From assembly GCA_001599295.1 (NCBI GenBank), contig BCGN01000006.1, positions 186,001 to 250,000 of the forward strand: a DNA stretch of 64,000 bases, in the 5' to 3' direction. The stretch is from Sporopachydermia quercuum. Taxonomy: Eukaryota. The notes beneath the pieces were generated by a model. The model saw only the letters and a list, made by a program, of their open reading frames with translations, did not search any database and was not told the origin of the DNA. Positions 1 to 10,984 of this stretch are shown one piece after another (positions within the stretch are counted from its first letter, which is position 1; each line of letters starts with the position of its first letter). The translations under genes were made by a program, and so were the position numbers.

Positions 1-1139
1 CAAATATGCCCTCTATTCATAAAGTAAGAGATTGGTATGCTCAATCTTTTGAAGAACTGACAACTATTCCCGCTCCAAAAGTTACACCAGACTTAAGAAA
101 GTTACTATATCAGAACCATAANGATCGGGAAAGTGATCTGGAATTACAACAGCAATTGCTGGGTAAAACTACAGCATCAGATGGCTCAGTATTCAATGAA
201 AATGTTGTAAGTAACGGTAGAAATCCGTCATTAGAAGAAGATTGGCATTATGAAACAGTTAGTAGTAAGTCACCAGCATCTACCAGAAGAAGGTACTATG
301 CAAATGTAGCAAAAGATATTATCTGGCCCCCAGAAGTTTACAATTTTAATAAAGTAGTGACTGAAAGGCTACAGAAGATCAAACGACGCCATGATGCTAC
401 TGTGGCTACTGTGGCTCAAGGTGTAAATGAATGGAAGGCTCAGCATCAACAGGTAGTAATAGACTCAAACATACAACAGTTTCTGGACAGATTCTATATG
501 TCAAGAATTGGTATCAGAATGCTTATTGGGCAGCATGTTGCACTGAATATTGAACCTGCAAGGCCTAATTTTGTTGGGATCATTTGCACGAAAACTAATA
601 TCAAAGAAATTGCTCTTGATGCAATTGATAATGCTAGATATATATGTGAAGAGTACTATGATTTACTGGAAGCACCTAAAGTACAATTAGTTTGCCCTGA
701 CAATCTGAACTTCATGTATGTTCCTGGACATTTATTACATATGTTATTTGAAACGTTGAAGAATTCTTTGAGAGCTGTGGTGGAAAGATATAATGGGATT
801 GGTGGTATTTTCCCTGATATCAAAGTGATCGTTGCTGAAGGTAATGAAGATATTACTATTAAAATATCTGATGAAGGTGGTGGTATACCTAGAAGTGAAA
901 TTCCTCTCATTTGGACCTATCTGTTTACTACTGTTAAAGAAACTCCGAGCTTAGAACCTGATTTCAATAAATCTGACTTCAAAGCGCCAATGGCAGGTTT
1001 TGGTTATGGTTTACCTATTAGTAGACTATATGCCAGATATTTCGGTGGTGACCTTAAGTTGATCTCGATGGAAGGTTATGGTACTGATGTCTATTTGCAT
1101 CTGAATAGACTTAGCAGTTCATCTGAGCCGTTACAATGA
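1..1139 (+). CDS. Mitochondrial pyruvate dehydrogenase kinase (PDK/BCKDK family), probably 5'-truncated by the window edge
   Basis: PDK motifs WYAQSFEEL, FLDRFYMSRIGIRMLIGQH, ETLKNSLRA (N box), ISDEGGGI (G1) and AGFGYGLPISRLYARYFGG (G2). The frame is open to the window edge. Confidence 0.95.
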   Translation, partial: NMPSIHKVRDWYAQSFEELTTIPAPKVTPDLRKLLYQNHXDRESDLELQQQLLGKTTASDGSVFNENVVSNGRNPSLEEDWHYETVSSKSPASTRRRYYANVAKDIIWPPEVYNFNKVVTERLQKIKRRHDATVATVAQGVNEWKAQHQQVVIDSNIQQFLDRFYMSRIGIRMLIGQHVALNIEPARPNFVGIICTKTNIKEIALDAIDNARYICEEYYDLLEAPKVQLVCPDNLNFMYVPGHLLHMLFETLKNSLRAVVERYNGIGGIFPDIKVIVAEGNEDITIKISDEGGGIPRSEIPLIWTYLFTTVKETPSLEPDFNKSDFKAPMAGFGYGLPISRLYARYFGGDLKLISMEGYGTDVYLHLNRLSSSSEPLQ

Positions 1140-2219
1140 TGAGAAATACTTATGTCATAGGTATATATATATGAATGCTGGAGATAATAGAAAAAGTTAT
1201 AGGATCTGAAGTAGCTTGGAATAGATAGTGCTTTTGATGGGAATATGAACTATTAAATAAGAACATCAAGCAATGGTGAATAGGGACGTATGAATATTCA
1301 ATGTTTAATGTGAGTTTGTTGCTTGTATAGGTATAATGTGGACTCTTGTATTAGTCCTGTAACTAAGCCACCGAAGAGTATTGGTGGCGTTTACCTGTTT
1401 TAGAATTAAGTTATGAAATATGCATGATTTCTACAGACTTNATTTGAACCTCACTTAGACACACTAAAAGCAAAAGCTAACTATGCTACTCACTAAGTTG
1501 GTAAAAAATTGAGCTATTCACTTTCTCTTGTATGTTTATTCTCCAGTGGAAGTTGAATAGTTTGTGGACATAACATATAATAGACCATCATAGATAGCTT
1601 ACCACTCATGATAAAACTCACACATTTCAGTACTCATTCAGACCCTTTAAGTCATACTATCACAAGCATACTCAAACTCCCTCNCTCCTAATCTAGTATT
1701 TTCTCAACTCACCATCTTCATATCCATTCAATTAAACATATTTTCACTTTTCTGTCTTCTAAATAAGCAATCTTCTTAGCCTATAAATACCCCATTTTCA
1801 ACCTTCAAGTACTAATTTCTGCTTTATTGGAACTCTTTTTCCCTATTTCTTCTTATCTATGCTACCATTTCATTCAATATTCGCCAACCCTCAGTCCCTT
1901 ATAGACCCTACTATTCATATCCTTAGCCACAACCTTATTTTCATTTAGACCCTTAATCTTCCTCAAAAAGGGTCCCTCATATCTCACTTTCAACATGGAC
2001 AAGTCCTTATTGGTACCATCTCTCCATAATAATATGATCAGTTCTCTATCACATTTATCAAATCCTTCAATCAATCGACAGATCTCGATAATTTTGCATA
2101 ATAAATACCCTCCAAACTATCCACCAACATAAAAATTTTATCTTTTAAGGCTATAATTGCCAATAGATCATAGATAGATACATTTCTCATCAGCATTGCA
2201 TAAGAAATTGTGGCAGCCT

Positions 2220-2266
2220 ATGATCGGGCAATGACAGCCTGAGGAAGTAGTGGAATGATCATATAA
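2220..2266 (+). promoter_or_regulatory. Three short upstream ORFs ahead of MED12
   Basis: ATG ATC GGG CAA TGA (2220-2234), ATG ACA GCC TGA (2231-2242), ATG ATC ATA TAA (2255-2266). They matter only if transcription starts upstream of 2220. Confidence 0.5.
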
Positions 2267-2285
2267 CTAGGAGACAACACGTTTT

Positions 2286-5200
2286 ATGGCTTACAGATAT
2301 AGGGTTGATTCTGGGTCACATTCAAATGTGGCTCAGAAGATCCAAAAGTCTACAACTTCACCACCAAGTAATAATGCATCAAATCAGGGTTCGAATGTAG
2401 CTTCTACCACAAGAAGACCATTAAGACAATCATCGGTTTTAGATAGATTAGCTAGTAAAAGATATGTGGCGCAGCATCCGAACACAGTGTATCCTCTGGA
2501 AGGTGATTCTAAGCCTCAATTGAGTGGATCATCCTTATCTTCAACCCAGTCTGGTAATCAATCTGGTAACCAATCTTCCGCTAACAGTAAGACTTATCCC
2601 GATTTTCATCCATGGGCTCATTCACCAGCTGATGATAATATAGCAATAAGATGCTTAGATAAAGGATATTCTGAGCCACCTTTAGTGGAATCGGAGAACG
2701 TTTCCGCTAGGAACGTCATACATAAATTAGTACAAGATCGGAAGAGTTTATTAGGGTTTTCATCGGATTTAGTAACTGCATTGAAACTACGAGAAGAGCA
2801 CAATAAGATTACTGCACCCTCTACTTATAAGCCTCCACCGAGAGTAACACTAACGGATCAAAAAAGGGAAACGTGGCTTAGAGATTTGGCCAGCCCAAGT
2901 GTACCATTAAGGAAATTATCCCGAACAATTCCGCATGGAATCCGAAATAGGATATTACTTGAGCAATGCTGTAATAAGAACATCCCTATTTCGAGGGCAC
3001 TGTGGCTTGTACGGTGTGTGGGGTCAAACGAATTGCGGGGATTAAAACGAAAGGGAAATTACGGAACAGGCATAACCGAAAGTTCCTGGATTGGAAGTTG
3101 GACCGAGCAAGTTACTCTTTTTGTGGAAAAAGTCGCCTCGGAATGTTGCCAACACACAATGGGGAAATCATCGAACAATAATACAGTTACACTGGCTAAT
3201 GTGAAATCTCCTAGTGGAGCCGGTGTCACTGCAGCAACCCCCGAAGCGTCTTTATCTCCTTCCGCTAATGCCCCAAATACGGAAAATCTCGGAAACAAAA
3301 CGTGGAAAGAGAGAATGGATTATATAATGCGGCTATCTGTGGCTTTATATAATGAACAGCTAGTAAACAAGCGGATGTTCCTTGATTGGGTGCTAAATTA
3401 CATGAAATCTCGGCATTTGGAGCAACTTCCTCTTGGGTTATTATTTGTGGAGTTATTTTATACCGATATAACCCAACGAGATGATTTATCCCGAATTTTA
3501 GCCGAAGGACTGCTGAGCCACATCTCTCAAGTAAATAATATCAGCGGTGATAGCCTATATTCAGCCTTACATCAACAATTGGTACGAGCCACAATTCGGC
3601 TTTTTCATAATAACTGTGATGCATTTGTATTTCCTCATCATTGGGAAGAATTAGGTTCTGTCCTAGAATCGGTAGTGTTTGCTACTGATTCCGAGTTATT
3701 CCGAATGGTAAAACTTAGAAATGAGGCCTTATTAGTAGGGCACTCATCAAAAGGGGATCTTTTACCTAATTTGAACTCGGAAACATCTGGAAACCTTAAT
3801 TCCACGGAACCTTATTTACCTTATCCCCCAGAAAGCCACACAGTCTCCGCTTCTGTTCTCAAATTACTAGATAGAGCTTCAATTCCTTACGATTTGGACA
3901 GTATAGCGGCATCCCTAGTTGGGTTAAGAATGCCACTGCCACAACTGGTGCCTCTTTTACTAGAATGGGCAACTACTTCCTTCCGAGTCGGCATCTATCG
4001 GGTATATTTTGCTGCTTCTCTATTAGAAATATGGCAAGAGAAATATCCACAAACTGAATTCCAGAACATAGTTCTAGGCTTTCTGTTAAACATAAAATCG
4101 GAAGCCACATATAGTATGGAGAACATATACACTTTGGTTTCCGAACTTTGCTATAATAATGAGATACTGACTGTTTCCAGTTATATCCGAAGGGTTATCT
4201 CTTCCGGAATGATGTACGTTGAACGGATGAAGCCACAAGCTGAGTTTAATATTAAAATTGTGGCTAATTTTCCCGATGTGTTTTCCCGGGGAGCTCCAGA
4301 CATTTCTTTTATGATTTCCGCTTCTTCTAATACCGAGATATTCAATTTCAATCGTTTTAGAGATCTATCGGAAAAGATAGCGAAGGAGATTCTGGAAAAG
4401 ATACAAATCGGAAATTATAATTGGGAAATTTCGGAGACTATACAACTACAGTCACTGAATAGAAATTTCCGCTTGGAACTTTCAATCTGGCTGTTTAGGA
4501 AACTTCACAAGTATTTCAAAACTACTGGAAACATGCTTAATAAAGATCTTGCCGCATTGGTGTTGCAGATTTACCTTGTTCTCAATGACTATCGAGGCCT
4601 CCTCCAGTTCATACTACTAAGTATAAAGAAGGCTAAAGATCTGAAGGTGATTGGAATGATTTCTGATGTCTTCTGGACATATATTGATATATTCTCAGCA
4701 TGTGCTGATATCAGCTTGTTTATTGAAAAGTTAGTTCAGCAGATATTCGAGATTACCGGAAGAGTTATTACTACTGTTGATTTTCCCTGGCGAGGATTAT
4801 GTAATCTTTTATCCTTTGCAAAATTAATGCTACCTGATCTCCAAACGGAAGTTGTCTCGGCTCTTCAATTGCTATCGGAAGGAACAGTGACACAGGATTA
4901 CTATATTAAATTTCTTGGATCAGAAACGGCATCAGTTTCGGCTTCAGGAATTGCGGGTTCGATCACCCCTTTAACTCAATTGCAAAGCTTCAACAAAGCA
5001 ATAGAGCATGTCACTCAGCTCTACGCCGTGCAGTCTCATAACCTATCTATTCCGAACTCTTCGGACTCTACCAGAGGAGAATTAGCCGAATTACTCCGAA
5101 ATTTCGCCCTTGCCGTAATCGAAATCCAATCAGTTGATCGAAAAAGATTCACCTCTATATTGCTAAAATGGATAAGTGACTCTGCTGATACCAAAATCGC

Positions 5201-7139
5201 TCTGAACTATCATCTATTCCATGATATTCTGTTATTCTTATGCTTATACCAATGTCTGGATCTTCATACCATTGGAATGGAATTTCTCAGGCAAGAACAA
5301 CAAGCCGAAGATGTCTCTAGTTCGATTTTACCTACTACCTGGAGATTACAGCATAAACTTATGCTTGAACTATTATTTGGTGATATAAGCAATAGACTAC
5401 AATTAACCGTTCAAGAGGAATTCATAAAGCAGATGATAGTAAATGAATTACGGAGAAACGAACATGAGCTTGTTTTAACGTTTATAATGAGAGGAGTATT
5501 CGATTTGACTGTACGATGCGGAAATGATATCCATGATGTGAATAGCGGAAACAATCAGATAGAAGGTCTAATGTTAAGTGAACCATTAAATAATGATATT
5601 TCACCATTTGCAGGAATTCTGGAAGAGATAGACTCATATTTTTTATGCTCTATTGCCTCTTTTCCTAGAACTTTATCGGAAAAGTTCGGATCGGAATTAC
5701 TTCGGAAACGGAATTCTCCGGAGTCGATAGAAATTCTAGAAATAATGACTAGCAATATTCTATTTCAAAATAAGGATAAATTTATCAAATCAAGCAACGA
5801 TTTTTCCGCTATTGCTGAAGTCGCAACACCTGTTAATATGTTACTATGTCAATTGGTTTTATGCTTAGAAACTGTTAGAACAGAATCAATAACAAACTGC
5901 AATAACAATAGCAATAGTGGCAGTGCCACGAACAATCCTGATATCAATTCTGTTATTAATATCGCAGAAGAACATATGAATGCATCAGCACCCTCTTCTC
6001 CTTCTACCATTAATACAAAAGCTGTCATCAAATGCTTGCAGTTGGCAGATTATGTTCCAGCAGAAAGACTAGGAGAACTATTCCTATGTTTAGAACCTGG
6101 GAAGAAATCGGATCTTCAAGAAACAATTGCTATTTATGTTCTACAAGGAGAAGAGTTTCCTCGGGTTTATACAGAACGAGGAAATAGAAACAATTCCGAA
6201 GTCTCGGAACACATGAACCCTAATTTCCAGAGTGAACCTAAAAATAGACTCTCCTATCTCCGGAAGCTTCTAGATTTCCTTACCGATGGAGCTCAGAAAC
6301 AGCCGAGCCGTGAATTCATTTCCGCCTTTTCATCAGGCCTGAAAAAACTAATTCTTCAGTCGGGTAAATTAACGAGCAACAATAAGGAGTCAGCCAAAGG
6401 TAACAATACTAGCAACAATACCAATAGCAATAATAACGGTACTACGAATAATTCTNCATCTTCGTCTGTACAACAAGCGAAACAAGTTAATGCTAAAGCA
6501 TTGAGAAACGCTATTGTTTTCGTTGTCAAGCTTTTCATGATCTATCAGAAATCTTTCATTGCAGGATGCGAAATGCAAGTGTTTGATTTATTGGTTGAAT
6601 TATATCAAACGCAGTTTGTTCAACATAGCTTGGAACTGAAAGGAATTCTTGGTGACCTTGCAGGATTAGTTGTTTCTGATATACGAAATGATGTTGAGGG
6701 TATTAATACCAGAAACACTGCTACCACGAATACGACATCTATCATCAACACAACTAATGACAATAACAATAACAATAACAATAACAATAATGAGCTTATT
6801 TGTTGTAAATTAGAAGAAATACTGAAGAAACCAAAGAATCGGATGATCGCTAACGATAGTTTCAATTCTGCCTTTCTTCATGATTATTACTATGATTCTA
6901 CTTCCAACAATTTTTCTTTCGACCAAAATACTTATAATGAAATGCAATCGAGGTATTGGGAAGAAGAGACTAAGCTGAATGATTTGATGTTATTTGATCA
7001 ATCAACAGGAGATTACTATAAACTGAACATTCAGCCATTTGATCTATTAGAAGAAAGTAATCCAGTAATTGGAATTAACGATGCAGTATTAGATTTACAG
7101 CTATTCAATACTATCATAGAAAAAATGAATCCTAAATAG
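2286..7139 (+). CDS. SRB8: Mediator kinase-module subunit Med12 (Srb8)
   Basis: 1617 aa. N-terminal Med12 domain: YPDFHPW...YKPPPRVTLTDQKRETWLRDLASPSVPLRKLSRTIPHGIRNRILLEQC...RALWLVRCVG. Confidence 0.93.
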   Translation: MAYRYRVDSGSHSNVAQKIQKSTTSPPSNNASNQGSNVASTTRRPLRQSSVLDRLASKRYVAQHPNTVYPLEGDSKPQLSGSSLSSTQSGNQSGNQSSANSKTYPDFHPWAHSPADDNIAIRCLDKGYSEPPLVESENVSARNVIHKLVQDRKSLLGFSSDLVTALKLREEHNKITAPSTYKPPPRVTLTDQKRETWLRDLASPSVPLRKLSRTIPHGIRNRILLEQCCNKNIPISRALWLVRCVGSNELRGLKRKGNYGTGITESSWIGSWTEQVTLFVEKVASECCQHTMGKSSNNNTVTLANVKSPSGAGVTAATPEASLSPSANAPNTENLGNKTWKERMDYIMRLSVALYNEQLVNKRMFLDWVLNYMKSRHLEQLPLGLLFVELFYTDITQRDDLSRILAEGLLSHISQVNNISGDSLYSALHQQLVRATIRLFHNNCDAFVFPHHWEELGSVLESVVFATDSELFRMVKLRNEALLVGHSSKGDLLPNLNSETSGNLNSTEPYLPYPPESHTVSASVLKLLDRASIPYDLDSIAASLVGLRMPLPQLVPLLLEWATTSFRVGIYRVYFAASLLEIWQEKYPQTEFQNIVLGFLLNIKSEATYSMENIYTLVSELCYNNEILTVSSYIRRVISSGMMYVERMKPQAEFNIKIVANFPDVFSRGAPDISFMISASSNTEIFNFNRFRDLSEKIAKEILEKIQIGNYNWEISETIQLQSLNRNFRLELSIWLFRKLHKYFKTTGNMLNKDLAALVLQIYLVLNDYRGLLQFILLSIKKAKDLKVIGMISDVFWTYIDIFSACADISLFIEKLVQQIFEITGRVITTVDFPWRGLCNLLSFAKLMLPDLQTEVVSALQLLSEGTVTQDYYIKFLGSETASVSASGIAGSITPLTQLQSFNKAIEHVTQLYAVQSHNLSIPNSSDSTRGELAELLRNFALAVIEIQSVDRKRFTSILLKWISDSADTKIALNYHLFHDILLFLCLYQCLDLHTIGMEFLRQEQQAEDVSSSILPTTWRLQHKLMLELLFGDISNRLQLTVQEEFIKQMIVNELRRNEHELVLTFIMRGVFDLTVRCGNDIHDVNSGNNQIEGLMLSEPLNNDISPFAGILEEIDSYFLCSIASFPRTLSEKFGSELLRKRNSPESIEILEIMTSNILFQNKDKFIKSSNDFSAIAEVATPVNMLLCQLVLCLETVRTESITNCNNNSNSGSATNNPDINSVINIAEEHMNASAPSSPSTINTKAVIKCLQLADYVPAERLGELFLCLEPGKKSDLQETIAIYVLQGEEFPRVYTERGNRNNSEVSEHMNPNFQSEPKNRLSYLRKLLDFLTDGAQKQPSREFISAFSSGLKKLILQSGKLTSNNKESAKGNNTSNNTNSNNNGTTNNSXSSSVQQAKQVNAKALRNAIVFVVKLFMIYQKSFIAGCEMQVFDLLVELYQTQFVQHSLELKGILGDLAGLVVSDIRNDVEGINTRNTATTNTTSIINTTNDNNNNNNNNNNELICCKLEEILKKPKNRMIANDSFNSAFLHDYYYDSTSNNFSFDQNTYNEMQSRYWEEETKLNDLMLFDQSTGDYYKLNIQPFDLLEESNPVIGINDAVLDLQLFNTIIEKMNPK
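6759..6791 (+). repeat. AAC/AAT trinucleotide tract encoding poly-Asn in MED12
   Basis: gacaataacaataacaataacaataacaataat. Confidence 0.8.
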
Positions 7140-8423
7140 AAATATAGTAGATAGTTGGACGAATATGATGCTAGATATTATACTATGTTATGTTATGCTG
7201 AATTATACCTATAGTATAAACCAAATCCAGCAAAGAGTTCTCCAGAGGTTTGCAACCACGATCAACTGCCTGTTGCCTTACCAGCAGCAATTACAAGTAT
7301 GAACATCTAATCATATTGTGATAACTTATAAATTCACTATATAGTAAGTGCATGTCATTATGTATAATATATATTGTAGATGTAGATGCCAGACGTCACA
7401 CATATCACNTCTTATGAAGTAAAACTATAATATTACTATTCAATCCCAGCAAGTGTATTTTGTTCTATTAACAAAAGCTAGTTGCCCTGGTATAGGAATC
7501 AGCGATAGAACAGGTCATTAGTGATTAGAAGGCTTATTAATGAGGAATCCTACCACTGATATCTCATCTCAACATTTTACCTGCTATATGACCATGAATT
7601 AGCGAATTGTATCAACTATTATATTTCGCCATCATTAAAACGCATCAACAAATTACTACATCTGCAAATACTGTAATTAACCTACAAAATGTATCATAAA
7701 TACGGAACTAATAACAAATGCCATACCACACCATATCTGTCTGTTATAATGTTCTTCATTTACAATATCAAAAAATAAAGCCTTACAACCAAACTAAATA
7801 TAGCTATTGCATTTGATGTAAGGCTTATTAATAATGGATCCTATGACTATTGCTCCTATCACTATTGCATTTGACGTTGATGTAGATATTGATGTTGATG
7901 TTGAATGTATACATATTAAAATAGCACATACTATCATATGGTACGAAACAACATATAATATAGCTGTAATAAATAGATTCACAGCTTGCAATACACGTTC
8001 ATCCTTCCACTATTCTTATCAGGTACTAACGAAAGCATTTGATATATTTTCGTTAATACTGCCGGAAATGACATTTAGCAGAGGTTATAACGGGGTTTAC
8101 ATATCATTATTGAACATACTATCTCCGGCTCCTCCTTCTTTTCTTCTTCTCCCTATATGTTTGAGATTATCTTCAAATAAATTGAATGATTATTAATGTT
8201 GAATAGTTTCCATTCTGTCGGGTGACAAGATTCAGGGTGTTCTAGTACCGAAATTTAATGAGGGAAATATGCTACTACAGTAACGTGTAGTTGAATATCA
8301 TTTTTAAAAGCATTGTCCAGTATCTTCTCCGTTGATTTTCCGGCATGGTCTCCATCATTTGCTTCTCAATTTCTCCTATATTCTTCCCAATCCTTACTTA
8401 TTCCGCTATCTCGCTCTTTTTCA

Positions 8424-10103
8424 CTATAACCGCGTAATATCTATAGTGGTCTCACAATCAGACCCTCGATGTATGTAATTGCTTCCCATCAGCTCCACCA
8501 TTGCATTGCTACAAGCCTTACGAACCCTGGCCTCATCATCATCTGTTCCTGACATAGTAATTTTCATGCATCCCATGCACAGATCAGGATGAATTTGAAA
8601 AAAAGCAGCATGATCAACTGATATAACAGAATGATCGTTTGATACCGAGGATTTGATCAAACTGAGATTATCAACTCCTCCAAATGATAATAATAACATG
8701 GATGCAAGATGTCGCAATAAAGACCAACCTAGCTTAGCCATTAGGAGAGCAACAAACAATGAAATCCAATGATCAACGTTCTTTTGAGCTTCTATTGGTA
8801 AGATAGGATAAAATGTAAGAGTCAAAGCTAATCCTATTGTAAGTAAGTGAGCAGGGTTGCGGATTCTGAACCCTTGTTCTGGAGCTTTCTGTAGACGAGC
8901 TGCTGCCATAGTAATAAGTACCGTAGAGCAAAGAAGAGCTTCATGGGTTAAAACTGGCAGACTTTCGTATTCATTATAACTATGAGTATGGCTGTGGCTC
9001 ACCTCCTGATCATTTTCATACTCAGTGTGTTCATAGGTTGCTCCTGAGTAGTATACAGACTCGACTATGCTTTCAAATGAATGAGATACTAGATCACCAG
9101 CTAAAAAGACAAAAGAAACAGACAGAGCAAATCCAACTAACACAGCTACACGCTCTAGACCAAAAGGATGTCTAATACTGCTTTGACGCCAAGCATCAAA
9201 GTTCCCTAAGACTTGAACCATTATATGTACAGTTAGGCCAACCGAGTCATAGAATACAAGATGAGCCAGAGTCCCGAGAGCAGCTGAGCCACCAGAATGA
9301 CTATATAGGAAAAGGGCGAACCCTAGTAGGATGTGTATTATGCAAAATAGAAGTTTGTTGCGTTGTGGCGCAGTAATGCTATGCAGAGTCTCAGTCACAG
9401 TCGGAATAGGTAGTGATGCAGGTATAGCTAATGGGGCTCGTACTGGTGGTTCCTGAAAGAAATTCATTGACACAGAACTGTGTTTATACCGGTGACCTTT
9501 CCGATGGCTCGGCTTCGCTTGGCTGCTTGGTCTCGCTGTCATCGAAACAGAAGAAAAGTTAAACGGTTTACTCAAATTAGGCGATGATGGAACCACTTGT
9601 GGCATAATAGAGCTATTGGAACTGCTAGTTGAGCCTCCTGAGCCTCTTCTCGGGGATGCGGATCGAATTGGTGATTGTGAGCGATGTGGCGGAGGTGGCA
9701 TAAAGCTCCTTTGAGTGAAAGACCCCGCATTGCTCGGTGATGATGACCTAGAGGAGATATATGACGAAGCCGGAGATTCTGGTCTTGGTGGAGCATTCAA
9801 GACTATTGACGGTATATTGTTTCCTTGTTGGAAAATGTGTAATCGGGAAGGATTAGGTGATTGAGGAATTGGTATTGAGTTCACTGTTGTTGATGTTCCA
9901 ATATAACTTCTAGGCCTTCCATTTGGTAATGCAACTGGGAATACTCCATCGCCACGAGGAGTTTTAAAGGGAGAACAACTTCTTTCTCTCCGATAATCTG
10001 TGAATGAAAATTCGCTCAAGGGTGTTCTTCCTCTTGATAAACGTTCGGGTGTTTCATACTTTTTTTCAGCTTCTTCTTCTATCAGGTCATTTAATGAATC
10101 CAT
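8424..10103 (-). CDS. ZRG17: ER zinc transporter subunit Zrg17 (CDF-like)
   Basis: Signature RKGHRYKHSSVSMNFFQEP...LPIP, PPPP.RS.SP.R, a Ser/Pro-rich N-terminus, then several hydrophobic segments including SSIRHPFGLER. Confidence 0.9.
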   Translation of the reverse strand: MDSLNDLIEEEAEKKYETPERLSRGRTPLSEFSFTDYRRERSCSPFKTPRGDGVFPVALPNGRPRSYIGTSTTVNSIPIPQSPNPSRLHIFQQGNNIPSIVLNAPPRPESPASSYISSRSSSPSNAGSFTQRSFMPPPPHRSQSPIRSASPRRGSGGSTSSSNSSIMPQVVPSSPNLSKPFNFSSVSMTARPSSQAKPSHRKGHRYKHSSVSMNFFQEPPVRAPLAIPASLPIPTVTETLHSITAPQRNKLLFCIIHILLGFALFLYSHSGGSAALGTLAHLVFYDSVGLTVHIMVQVLGNFDAWRQSSIRHPFGLERVAVLVGFALSVSFVFLAGDLVSHSFESIVESVYYSGATYEHTEYENDQEVSHSHTHSYNEYESLPVLTHEALLCSTVLITMAAARLQKAPEQGFRIRNPAHLLTIGLALTLTFYPILPIEAQKNVDHWISLFVALLMAKLGWSLLRHLASMLLLSFGGVDNLSLIKSSVSNDHSVISVDHAAFFQIHPDLCMGCMKITMSGTDDDEARVRKACSNAMVELMGSNYIHRGSDCETTIDITRL

Positions 10104-10984
10104 TGTTGCTCTTGTAAGACCACGATTGCACTAGATGATGGATACGAACATGGAATTGAACCACTATGATGAACCGTACAATCAGGTATTCATGCGGTAC
10201 TAGAATACCTTTTGATGAAGAGACAAAATCAGTAATCAAGCACTGGATGTCTCAGTTCTATGATATGCTTCTATGCAGTAAATTTGCTGACGCAATACCC
10301 GTTTTCCTGTCAATTCAACGTTGTCAATACATCTATAATGCTAATGATGGATGAACAATCACACTGTATATCATCAATCAAAAGAGAGAACTAATAAGAT
10401 TTTGGTGATGAAAAGTGAAGACATGAACTTTAAACACTATTTAGGAAGCTATCATGCGGGATATGCGTTGCAAATTACCATTTTGGGAAGGACTGAGTAT
10501 AAAGTTCAAGGGGGTGCATCAAGAGAGAAAAGAAGAAAGTAAGGGATTTGAATGATACGAGATGTAATAATAGTTATTATTTGTCTTGAGTTGAACGTTG
10601 AGACGGTCTATGCATACTCGTAAAGATTTCAAATGTTTTATGGTAAAGATAATGAAAGTAAGAAAGTTCTGTTTGCCCAAAGTTGGTTCAAGAGGGGAAC
10701 AGGCTAAGGTGCAACAGCATTGTAGGAACGTTGCGCATGTTCTTTCTTGGTACAGAGTTAGTACATAAGGTTTTCACCACCAAGGTATTCTCTGTGCCAG
10801 ATCATGTGATCTGGTACAAGAAATCTAGTTATTGAATTGGAGCTACGTCTGGTTCGTAAGCGTAATACTTAAAGAAAGATGTCTATTACAATTACAAATT
10901 ATCAATTTTTAAAACAATAGGAATAGAACAACTTTCAAAGAACGAACATTTGTCTCAAAGGCTTGATTCTGTTTTCAAACTATA

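Noticed and set aside
1874..2074. 66-aa minus-strand ORF in a pyrimidine-rich tract
   Set aside because: Non-ATG start and no recognisable domain; likely the MED12 promoter.
7794..8196. Overlapping ORFs on both strands and a TACTAAC near 8023
   Set aside because: Low-complexity translation; no coherent spliced model.
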